Made by a program: the position numbers and the translations under genes | The notes under the pieces: generated by a model | Told to the model about the DNA's origin: nothing | The model's database searches: none | The model's input: the letters and a program-made list of their open reading frames with translations, nothing else | In this document: positions 19,399-27,714 of the stretch, in pieces | Layout of the letters: each line of letters opens with the position of its first letter | Numbering within the stretch: the first letter of the stretch is position 1 | Source: Dehalococcoidia bacterium | GTDB taxonomy: Bacteria > Chloroflexota > Dehalococcoidia > Bin125 | Direction of reading: 5' to 3' | Assembly (NCBI GenBank): GCA_963663895.2 | Contig: CAXXRD010000005.1 | Location: forward strand, 189,859 to 253,858 | DNA: 64,000 nucleotides

Positions 19399-20607
19399 TC
19401 AGACCCACCCCATCCTGCGCGCCCGTGGCTTACCACCGGATGGCAGTGTCTGGTCGCACCGCGTAATCCACTTCCGGTAGCCAGGGGAACCTTCCGGGTG
19501 GACCTCCATCTCGTAGTTCGTCCCCTGCTCCAAGCCTTCGTCGGCATGGCGAATGAGGAGGAGAGAGTACGGAGGAATGTACTGACGCAGCTCCTGACCA
19601 ACAGTCATCCGTACGTCGGCGTTGTGGTATTTCATGATCTCAGGCCGAATCGTGGTCTTCTCAGCAACCTTGCCTGTGCTGTCGAAGGCAACGAATCGTA
19701 CAGTCGGGTGAGGATCCATCTTAGGGTAGGGTTTGTTGCCGGCGACTTTTGGAGTCGTTTGTCCAGACCAAGGCCACCCAAAGAATCCGGGGTTTTGGTC
19801 AATGGCCCTGGCGCTGAGAAAAACCTCAGAGTTGGGTCTTGGTACAACCTCGATCAGCAACACTGAGGCGATGGCACTGAATCCGCTCGCGGCACTCTCA
19901 TGTGTCCTCAAAAACCCTTTGTTTGTGTGTGCGGGTATCGCAGACGGTGGCGCAATCCCAGAGGTCCTGAATGGAAGCTGGGCCTCCCGCTCCTCGGTGC
20001 CTCCGTGCTCGCCACGCTCAACCCGTGACCGCGCTTGAATCGCCCGTTCTGGCTCAACGAGCCCTGCGCTGACCAGCTCGTCTATCAGTTCCGTATCCAG
20101 TGCAGCCGCGCTCGGCGAAGCGGAAGGCAGCATCGCAGACCACGCGACGTCGAATTGGGACCACTGCTCAGACTCCGCGGGAAGGGAAAACTCAAAGGCA
20201 ACCCCCGCTTCGTAGTTAAGCTCCAGTCCACCGAGAGTCAGGTTGTGGGAGCCGACAAGTGCTTGCGCTTCGGTAGCACCGTCGAACAAGTACAGTTTCG
20301 GATGGAAAGTCACGCTCGGATTCGGTTCGTAAAGGACACTCACCGCATCGAAGCGATCAAGCAGCAGGCGGAGTGCTTCCTCGCTGGTCCCACGATGGTC
20401 GATTCCAATAATGGCTTCCGCGCGACCACCCCGGGCACGGAACTCGTCAACGGCCTGGATGATTCGGACGACACCAGCCTTGCGAGCAAAGGCAACTGCG
20501 ACCCGAGCTCGTGTGAACCTCTCGTCGTGGAGGTAACCAGCTACGAACTCTCGTGCCCGAACCTTGCCGGCCGGCGCCTCATGAGGGGCAAGAAGCTTGA
20601 AGTTCAC
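19399..20607 (-). CDS. Phospholipase D (HKD)-family restriction endonuclease
   Basis: VAFA...GID...TS..AL, FHPKLYLF, VGSHNLTLGGL..NYEAG; separate C-terminal putative recognition domain; start uncertain (GTG 20607 or ATG 20691). Confidence 0.82.
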   Translation of the reverse strand: MNFKLLAPHEAPAGKVRAREFVAGYLHDERFTRARVAVAFARKAGVVRIIQAVDEFRARGGRAEAIIGIDHRGTSEEALRLLLDRFDAVSVLYEPNPSVTFHPKLYLFDGATEAQALVGSHNLTLGGLELNYEAGVAFEFSLPAESEQWSQFDVAWSAMLPSASPSAAALDTELIDELVSAGLVEPERAIQARSRVERGEHGGTEEREAQLPFRTSGIAPPSAIPAHTNKGFLRTHESAASGFSAIASVLLIEVVPRPNSEVFLSARAIDQNPGFFGWPWSGQTTPKVAGNKPYPKMDPHPTVRFVAFDSTGKVAEKTTIRPEIMKYHNADVRMTVGQELRQYIPPYSLLLIRHADEGLEQGTNYEMEVHPEGSPGYRKWITRCDQTLPSGGKPRARRMGWV

Positions 20608-20906
20608 GGCCGTCTGGCATCCAGTGGGGCTGCGATTCTCACGTGCGGCGCATTTTGACACACTCAGACGGTGGTAGTCCGGTCCCTGCATGGGTTGCAG
20701 CCCCTATGTGGGGCTCGTGTCAGGTCCCCTTCCTACGGAGACCCGAAGTACGCTCAGAACGAGAGCTTTACGTAGAATCGGGCGCATCTCTTTTCGCACG
20801 AGCGCGTCGTCATGCCGATGTCTCTGCTGTGCTAGGGGGATGACACAGCCTGTTTCGGGCGGACCGGCTGAACACCAGGATCTAGGTGCCTGGCTACAGA
20901 GCCATG

Positions 20907-20948
20907 GCCAACTCGAACGTGCGTAGTACAGTCCCGTCGGGTGTACCA
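20907..20948 (+). repeat. Dispersed att-like repeat, copy A
   Basis: GCCAACTCGAACGTGCGTAGTACAGTCCCGTCGGGTGTACCA; 23/26 identical to copy C; 3' half resembles the tRNA-Arg 3' end. Confidence 0.6.
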
Positions 20949-21010
20949 ATGTGGACTGTGGGAGTAATTGGCTCTGGTGGCCGAAGCGGATTGTGGTCGC
21001 CTGGACGACG

Positions 21011-21580
21011 CTAGATCTGCCCGTAGCGGGAGCAGCTTGTGAGGTGGTCGTTCACGAGGCCGGCGGACTGCATGAAGGCGTAGCAGATCGTCGGGCCGAC
21101 GAAGGAGAAGCCGTAGCGGCGCAGCGTCTTGCTCATGGTGCGTGACTCGTCTGTCTGCGCTGGCAGGTCGGCGAGGCTGAGGAAGGCGTTGCGGCGGGAC
21201 TCGCCCTTGACGAAACTCCAGAGGAAAGCGTCGAGGGAGCCCTGCTCGGCCTGCACGGCGAGCGTCGCGCGGGCGTTGGCGATGGCGGCGGCGATCTTGG
21301 CGCGGTTGCGGATGATGCGGGCGTCGCCGCGGAGCCGTTCGCAGTCGGCATCGTCGTAAGCAACGACGGTCGCGATGTCGAAGCCGTCGAAGGCGGCGCG
21401 GTAGCCCTCGCGCCTGTGGAGAACGGTGCGCCAGGAGAGCCCCGCCTGCGCCCCTTCGAGGACGAGGAGCTCGAAGAGAGCGCGGTCGTCGCGGATGGGG
21501 ACGCCCCACTCTTCATCGTGGTAGCGCTGCATGAGGGGGTCGTCGCCGGCCCACGCGCAGCGGGTGAAGAGATCGGTCAC
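21011..21580 (-). CDS. tag: DNA-3-methyladenine glycosylase I
   Basis: RCAW, YHDEEWG, LEGAQAGLSW, IIRNRAKI, FVGPTICYAFMQ, NDHL..C. Confidence 0.97.
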   Translation of the reverse strand: MTDLFTRCAWAGDDPLMQRYHDEEWGVPIRDDRALFELLVLEGAQAGLSWRTVLHRREGYRAAFDGFDIATVVAYDDADCERLRGDARIIRNRAKIAAAIANARATLAVQAEQGSLDAFLWSFVKGESRRNAFLSLADLPAQTDESRTMSKTLRRYGFSFVGPTICYAFMQSAGLVNDHLTSCSRYGQI

Positions 21581-21739
21581 GGCGGGAGAGGGTAGCAGGG
21601 CGTACGAGGGCGACGCTTACGATCCGCACACACCCGGCAGGGCCAGGAGGCCAACCTGTCAGAAGACGCTACGCCGACTAGCCAGCAGCCAACGACGGTG
21701 GTAGGACAGGAGGCCATGGCAGCCAGCGGGAGAGGGCCC

Positions 21740-23098
21740 ATGCCACGGCGCATTGCCATTGTTGGTGGCGGCATTTCAGGGCTGGGCGCCGCCTGGGCGC
21801 TGTATCACCACCCGGACCGTTTTGATTTTCGGCTGTTCGAGGCGCGGGAACAGGTTGGCGGCAATGCGATTACCGCTGATATGCCGCAGGATGACGGCAG
21901 CTCGATTCCCTTCGACATCTCTGTCACCGCTTGTATCCCGTCGGTCTATCACCACGTTCTGCTGCTGATGGAAAAGTTCGGCATCGAGCTGATCGATACC
22001 CGGTTCAGCTACAGCGTGAAGTACGGCGGGCAGGTCTACGCCCACGATTTCGATTCCGAGATCAGGGAGCAGCTGCAAGCGGAGATCGCGAGGTTCCAGC
22101 GAGTCTTGAGATGGTTGCATTGGTTTGGTTGGCTGAGCCGCTCCCAATCGAAGTTGCTGAACGCCCTCAATCCGTTCAATTACCTCAGCATGGGGACGAT
22201 CCTGAATCTGGGAGGATTTTCTGGAGACTTCCGCTACAAGATTCTGAAGCCTATGTTCGTCAATTTCCTGATGGCGACGAACGTATTCGATATGCCTGCG
22301 GCGCTCTTCGCGAGGTATCTCGAATTCTTCGATATCGAAACCGCGACGCCCATGCGGACCTGGGACCAGGGAACGCGACGCATCTACGAAAACTTAGCGG
22401 CCAACTTTCGGGACAAGATCTACCTCAACCGGCCCGTCCGAAAGGTGTACCGGCGGGCGTCCCGCGTCGTAGTCGAGGACGAGGACGGCGTACGGGAGAC
22501 GTTCGACCAAGTGGTGTTCGCCTGCAATGCGAACCAGACGCTGATGATCCTCGACAACCCCACGCTTCTTGAGCGCTATATCCTCTCGTCGATCCGCTAT
22601 GAGAGTGAACTTCACAACCACGCGGTCGTCCACTCCGACGCCTCAGTCCTGCCGGACAACGAGGTGAAGCCCCTGACAACGCGGAGCACGCATGTCGAGC
22701 AGTACGGCGCGAGACCGGACAACTATGAGATCACATACATCATGCACAACCAGCAACCATGGGCGAATCGGTCCGATAAGCCTTGTCTGGTGACCTACAA
22801 CCCGATCAGCTCCATTGATGAACGAAAGATCGTCAAGAGGTGGTGGTTTCAGCACATCGTCCATGACGTGCGCCACGTGGTATTGCTCGTCAACTTGTTC
22901 CGCTTCATTCAGGGCAAGAGGCGCACGTGGCACTGTGGCGCTCACACGCTGATCAACAGCCAGGAAACCTGCCTCGTTACCGGGCTCGCCACTGCCAGAC
23001 AGATCGGCGCCGACTACCCCTTCGACGATCCTGCGGCGAAGCGGTCGTTCAACTATTACGGGAGCATCATGTACGGCTCGCGATTCCGGAAGGCGTAG
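21740..23098 (+). CDS. FAD-dependent oxidoreductase (COG2907/amine-oxidase-like, possible lipid desaturase/reductase)
   Basis: IAIVGGGISGLGAAW, LFEA..QVGGNA.T, FDQVVFAC, QGKRRTWHCGA; alternative start 21716. Confidence 0.82.
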   Translation: MPRRIAIVGGGISGLGAAWALYHHPDRFDFRLFEAREQVGGNAITADMPQDDGSSIPFDISVTACIPSVYHHVLLLMEKFGIELIDTRFSYSVKYGGQVYAHDFDSEIREQLQAEIARFQRVLRWLHWFGWLSRSQSKLLNALNPFNYLSMGTILNLGGFSGDFRYKILKPMFVNFLMATNVFDMPAALFARYLEFFDIETATPMRTWDQGTRRIYENLAANFRDKIYLNRPVRKVYRRASRVVVEDEDGVRETFDQVVFACNANQTLMILDNPTLLERYILSSIRYESELHNHAVVHSDASVLPDNEVKPLTTRSTHVEQYGARPDNYEITYIMHNQQPWANRSDKPCLVTYNPISSIDERKIVKRWWFQHIVHDVRHVVLLVNLFRFIQGKRRTWHCGAHTLINSQETCLVTGLATARQIGADYPFDDPAAKRSFNYYGSIMYGSRFRKA

Positions 23099-23176
23099 CG
23101 CTGGATGCCATGGAACCTCCGCGGCCGGAGATCATCCGAGCGGGGAGCGCGTCCGTCCTGGAGTCGTAACATGAGG

Positions 23177-24232
23177 CTATGTCGTCGATGTGGAGTCCCC
23201 GTAATCGCTCAGATCGGGATAGAACTGGGCGCAATAAGCTCGAAAGGTCCGCATCTCCCCATCGGAGCGGCAGAGGCGCGGATGGGAGAGGTACTGTTTG
23301 CGGCCCCAGATCACCACGTCCTGCAGCACGTCATGCTTCTGCTGCAGCGACATGAACTTGTTCATGAGGGGCGCGCGCAGCCTCCGCGGCAGAAATCCCA
23401 GACCGACAATCCGCCGCCTCGGGTTGCGTATCTCCCGCACCTGCGAGACCAGCGACAGGTCGATGAGCGTGCCGTCGACCGGCGTCGCCAATACCCACAG
23501 ACGCAGATCCATGTCGATCGAACGCTCGTGGATCTCCACGAACGAGTAGCCCAGCCCATAGATGCGGGCTTTGGCGGAGATGTCGAAGTTGAGGGTCATG
23601 ATTCCGGCGATCCGCCGGGATGACCGGAAGTCGAAGCCGGTCTTGAGCAAGGGACCGTCCACCGCTACCGGATCGACGCCGCCCACATTGTCGTATCCGT
23701 GGACGTAGCGAAGGTGAGCCAGATCCACGGAGTTCTCCGTGGTCTCCTGGGGATGGCCGGGGAAGCGCAGGGTTTGGATCTTGAAGTCACTCCAGCCGGC
23801 CTGGTCCGGGTCCGCAGGCAGGTGCCATTGCGGCGCTCGGCCCTCGATCCCCCACCAGGCGAAGATCAGGCCGTGGATCACTCGTGTCTCGAAGACTCGC
23901 AACCTCGCGGACCTGGGTGGGGCGGCGAAGGGAGTGGCGACGCATTGACCGGTAGTATCGAACTCAAAGCCGTGGAAGGGGCAGACGAGCCGGCCATCGC
24001 AAATGCGCCCCCCCGCGGCGGGTCCCAGATCGGAGCCCAGGTGCGGGCAGACGGCCTCGGCGACGCAGACGCGCCCGTTCTCTTCACTCCAGACGACAAC
24101 GTTCTCGTCCATCCAGGTCTTTTGGATGAGCTTCGCCTTCAGGATGTCCCGGCGGCTTGCGACGAAATACCATCCCTCGGGAAACAGGGAAGGGAATGGG
24201 GCGATCGCGGGTTCCCCACGCTGGGTTGGCAT
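23177..24232 (-). CDS. Rieske [2Fe-2S] non-heme iron oxygenase (Neverland/DAF-36- or KshA-like)
   Basis: FPEGWY, CPHLG...CPFHG, ENSVDLAHLRYVH, QDVVIW.RK.Y...P.LC..DG....FR.Y..QFY C-terminus. Confidence 0.88.
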   Translation of the reverse strand: MPTQRGEPAIAPFPSLFPEGWYFVASRRDILKAKLIQKTWMDENVVVWSEENGRVCVAEAVCPHLGSDLGPAAGGRICDGRLVCPFHGFEFDTTGQCVATPFAAPPRSARLRVFETRVIHGLIFAWWGIEGRAPQWHLPADPDQAGWSDFKIQTLRFPGHPQETTENSVDLAHLRYVHGYDNVGGVDPVAVDGPLLKTGFDFRSSRRIAGIMTLNFDISAKARIYGLGYSFVEIHERSIDMDLRLWVLATPVDGTLIDLSLVSQVREIRNPRRRIVGLGFLPRRLRAPLMNKFMSLQQKHDVLQDVVIWGRKQYLSHPRLCRSDGEMRTFRAYCAQFYPDLSDYGDSTSTT

Positions 24233-24407
24233 CCTTCGATACTCCTCACTCGGAATCTCGGGTTGCCGGCCTCCATTGCCAAGATACCCGTCTAGGATAC
24301 GAGAACCGCTTGCCCATCACACCCGGTCCACCCACTTGCCTGTGCGTCCCGCGTCCCCTGCGGGACGGTCATCCGTCTTTTTCCCTGCCCGGTAAGTAAG
24401 GTAGACT

Positions 24408-24456
24408 GTCCATTATGGGGAAAGTCTAAGCCGCTTAGGCTTTCCCCATAATGGAC
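24408..24456. promoter_or_regulatory. 49-bp near-perfect palindrome in the divergent Rieske/P450 promoter region
   Basis: GTCCATTATGGGGAAAGTCTAAG-ccg-CTTAGGCTTTCCCCATAATGGAC (22/23 paired); directly follows TAGACT (24402-24407). Confidence 0.75.
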
Positions 24457-26496
24457 GGGGCAAAACTCATGGCTATCGCGACGAAAGCTGGGGTCACCCA
24501 GTCGCTCAGTTTGCCCGACGAGCTCGTCCTGATGCTCCTCAACGAAGAGAGCGGCTACTTTCGCCAAATACCCGGCTGGAATTTGAACTGCGCCGTCGTC
24601 GGCGCCGTACTCGCGGAACTGTCGCTGGACTCTCGCATTGACACGGATATGGAGTCCCTGATCCTTCTGGACCAGACGGAGACGGGCGACCCGGCCCTGG
24701 ACCCCATCCTGAAGGAGATTGCAAGCGAACCAGTGCAACGGAACGCCCAGTATTGGGTTGAGCGGCTCGCTCCCCATGCGGAGTCGATCATTGATTTGAC
24801 CATGGATCGCTTGGTTGACCTGAAGATCCTGCAACGCCACGAAGGCGATTTTTGGTCGCTGGCCAGTACTGCTTGGCAGACGGATCTACTCAGCAACTCC
24901 CATGAAGGCACCGCGGCTGAGTTCGTCAGAACGCGCATCAACAGAGTGATCTTCAGCAACGAGATTCCGAGCCCGAGAGATATCATCCTTGTTTGCCTCA
25001 TCGATACGTGCGATCTCTTTCGCTTCATGTTCCAACTCGAGGACGAGTCGGAGGAACGGATCCAGCTCATCTGCAAGATGGATTTGATCGGCCGGTCCAT
25101 CGCCGAGGCGGTCTCCGTCAACATCGCCAGTCCGGCGCTTCGGCGCCCCGCCTTGACTAAGTCAATTCCGACTGTCCCGCTGCGGCGGCTCCTGCTCAAT
25201 CCCCATGCTCGCGGCGGCAATATTCCCGCACTCTTTGCGGATCTCGCCGAGAAGCACGGCCCGGTGTTCGAGATCCGCCCGCCGTTTAAGAAACCCATGA
25301 TCTTTCTGGCCGGGCCCGAGACAAATCACTGGGCACATCGGCACGGGCGGATGTACCTGAGAGCCAGGGACTATCTCCATGACTTCGAGAAGATCTATGG
25401 CGCGTCTGGACTACTGCCGGCGCTGGACGGCGCCGATCATTTTCGCTTGCGCAAGTCCCTGCAGCAGGGTTACTCGCGCGCGAGATTGGAAGGGCAGGTG
25501 GATCAGCTCTACCGTCTTGCCCGGACGCACATGGCGGATTGGACGGTTGGAGACATTGTCCCCATGGTCACCCTGTGCCGGCGTTTGATGAACGCGCAAA
25601 TCTCGCCGCTCTTAACCAGCGTGGATTCGCAGGATCTCTTCGACGATCTAGTCAAATTCAAGGACCGGGCACTCAAAACGACGCTCTTGGGGGTCATGCC
25701 CAAGTTCATGCTGCATACCCCGAGCATGAAACGCCGGGCGAAGCAGATCGACGTACTGATGGAGCGGGTCCAGAGTAGCCATACGCCCGCCCAGCGGACT
25801 GGCCGTCCTCGTGATCTTGCGGATGAGTTTCTCAGCCTGCACGCGAGCGATCCACAGTTCCTACCGGAGTCGAATCTGCGCTTCAAATTTACGGCGCCGG
25901 TGATCGCCAGCATGTACAGCGGCGATACGCTGAGCTTCGTGGTCCACGCCATGGTGTCGCAGCCTGCGTTCTACGAGAGAATCCGGAGTGAAGCCGATGC
26001 CTTGTTTGACGGCGGCGATCCGGACGGCAAGGATTTCACCCCATCCGCGATCGATGTCACTCGCCGTTTCATCATGGAGTGCCTGCGCCTGTATCCGATC
26101 ATCCCGATGTCGATTCGAAACGTGATGAATACGTGCGTGGTTGAGGACTACGAACTGCCGGAGGGGGCGCAGGTTTACGTAGCCCAAACCGCCACGCATT
26201 ACATGAGCGACGCTTTCCCGGAGCCCCTCTCTTTCGATATCGATCGCTACCTGCCTCCGCGCGGTGAACATATTGGTCCCAACTACGCCCCGTTCGGACT
26301 GGGCACGCACACATGTCTCGGCGGCCGGTGGGTGGAACTGCAAGTGGCGATCAACCTGCTGATGCTCGCGCATTACTTCACGTTCGAGCTGTCGCCCCCG
26401 AACTCCAAGCTCCGGGTCAACATGTTTCCGTCGATGTCTATCAAGAAGAAGGTGAAGTGCGTCATCGCTGAGCAGAGACGCGAGTTGAACGTCTAA
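24451..26496 (+). CDS. GPP34 (GOLPH3-like) domain-cytochrome P450 fusion
   Basis: N-terminal LSLPDELVLMLL...AVLAEL...TGDPALDPIL...WV (GPP34); ECLR (ExxR), FDIDRY, PFGLGTHTCLG heme motif; start 24451 or 24469. Confidence 0.88.
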   Translation: MDGAKLMAIATKAGVTQSLSLPDELVLMLLNEESGYFRQIPGWNLNCAVVGAVLAELSLDSRIDTDMESLILLDQTETGDPALDPILKEIASEPVQRNAQYWVERLAPHAESIIDLTMDRLVDLKILQRHEGDFWSLASTAWQTDLLSNSHEGTAAEFVRTRINRVIFSNEIPSPRDIILVCLIDTCDLFRFMFQLEDESEERIQLICKMDLIGRSIAEAVSVNIASPALRRPALTKSIPTVPLRRLLLNPHARGGNIPALFADLAEKHGPVFEIRPPFKKPMIFLAGPETNHWAHRHGRMYLRARDYLHDFEKIYGASGLLPALDGADHFRLRKSLQQGYSRARLEGQVDQLYRLARTHMADWTVGDIVPMVTLCRRLMNAQISPLLTSVDSQDLFDDLVKFKDRALKTTLLGVMPKFMLHTPSMKRRAKQIDVLMERVQSSHTPAQRTGRPRDLADEFLSLHASDPQFLPESNLRFKFTAPVIASMYSGDTLSFVVHAMVSQPAFYERIRSEADALFDGGDPDGKDFTPSAIDVTRRFIMECLRLYPIIPMSIRNVMNTCVVEDYELPEGAQVYVAQTATHYMSDAFPEPLSFDIDRYLPPRGEHIGPNYAPFGLGTHTCLGGRWVELQVAINLLMLAHYFTFELSPPNSKLRVNMFPSMSIKKKVKCVIAEQRRELNV

Positions 26497-27581
26497 CGCA
26501 CCAATGGATCACAACCCAGAGATTGGGAAGGAGATGGCCTGAGGGGTTTGCGTGCCAGGAAACAGTACAATGGCGTGAAGATTCCGGCCCTGCCGCCGGC
26601 GACATAGGCATTTGCGGTCCGATCCATCAACCTGACAACGTCCGCAGAACCCTTGGGGAACGCCCCAAGGACCTCAGCCAGCCTGGATGCCCCGATGAGC
26701 GCTTTACGGCCCAGCGGAGTTCTCCGCAAGCGCGTTGCCCGTGTTCTGTGTGTGGTTTCCATGGGTTGATACCACGGCGTGGTCAGACCGTTTCTCCTCG
26801 GCGAGACGGCACGGTCCAATCCCTCAATGACCTCGAATCCCGCCGTTACGAGCGCCCGATTCACTCCATCCATCGTCGCGATATCCTTGAGCGCGATGCC
26901 GTGCATCAGGTCCTGCTTGATGGCCCGATGCCGATTATCGTCGGGATGAAACTTGTCCGTCATGCACATTTCCTGACCCCAGAAGAGGGCTCCGGGCTTC
27001 AGCACCCGGTAGATCTCGGCGAACGCGCTTACCTTGTCAGGCGCATGGCACGTCGATTCGATCGCATAACCCCGGTCGAACGTGTCGTCCGCAATGGCGC
27101 CCATGTCCATGAAGCTGCACTCAAGGTAGTCGACCATGTGGTCAAGTCCCGCCTCAGCGTTCAAGGATTTCGCCTTGTCAAGCTGGAGTTTATTGTTGTT
27201 GACCCCGACGACCCTAACACCGGCCTCACGGACGACCCGGCGCATCGGGCCGCCGATCCCGCAACCGACATCGACCACCGTCATGCCTGGCGTAACCTCC
27301 AGCTTGGCGATCATCAGTCGCTGATGCCGGATCTTGGACTCCTCCAAGCTCTCCCCTGGCGATAGTGGCGCGAAGTGCAGGGATTCGCCCCAACCAAAAA
27401 CCATGAACTCGCCGCAAAGGTCGTAGTATTCCTTGACGGTTTCGGTGTGGTCGTAGCCCAGTGCGCCAGCCTCCTCTGTGGACATTCTGTCGGTCCATCC
27501 ATCAAAGCGTTGCACGCGACGGGCGACACTCGACCCTTGATACGCGACCTTCAAGCCTTTTCCTAGCTTGCGGAGTTGCAT
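26493..27581 (-). CDS. Sterol 24-C-methyltransferase-like (ERG6/SMT family)
   Basis: YYD...FGWGESLHFAP, DVGCGIGGP, GVNNN, YAIESTCHAP, YRVLKPG, GIFTPLY..ARKP: all SMT regions incl. the C-terminal domain. Confidence 0.88.
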   Translation of the reverse strand: MQLRKLGKGLKVAYQGSSVARRVQRFDGWTDRMSTEEAGALGYDHTETVKEYYDLCGEFMVFGWGESLHFAPLSPGESLEESKIRHQRLMIAKLEVTPGMTVVDVGCGIGGPMRRVVREAGVRVVGVNNNKLQLDKAKSLNAEAGLDHMVDYLECSFMDMGAIADDTFDRGYAIESTCHAPDKVSAFAEIYRVLKPGALFWGQEMCMTDKFHPDDNRHRAIKQDLMHGIALKDIATMDGVNRALVTAGFEVIEGLDRAVSPRRNGLTTPWYQPMETTHRTRATRLRRTPLGRKALIGASRLAEVLGAFPKGSADVVRLMDRTANAYVAGGRAGIFTPLYCFLARKPLRPSPSQSLGCDPLVR

Positions 27582-27714
27582 GAGATCCCCTTTCAAAACA
27601 GCTAAGGCGAGCGGATTGTTCGCCGGAGACCCGACTGAGCGGCATCCGTGCCGTGGCCGAGGCCGGCTAGACCATTGAGGTCGTCGGCCGGTAGCGGTGT
27701 TCCCCTACGATCGC

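Larger units (their letters stand above)
16320..20948. mobile_element. tRNA-Arg-anchored islet carrying an R-M system (no integrase in window)
   Basis: Starts at the tRNA 3' end; visibly more AT-rich than the flanks; ends in a 16/19 copy of the tRNA 3' end (20930-20948). Confidence 0.6.

Noticed and set aside
19399-20607. PLD gene as DISARM DrmC or a lipid phospholipase
   Set aside because: No helicase/Drm genes nearby; a single HKD-type motif plus two methyltransferases fits R-M
20914-20927. LexA box (CGAAC-N4-GTTCG) inside the repeat
   Set aside because: The right half-site reads GTAG in all copies and copy B lacks GAAC
21011-21580. tag as a component of the R-M or sterol system
   Set aside because: Ordinary repair glycosylase with host-like codon usage and its own promoter; no evidence of functional linkage
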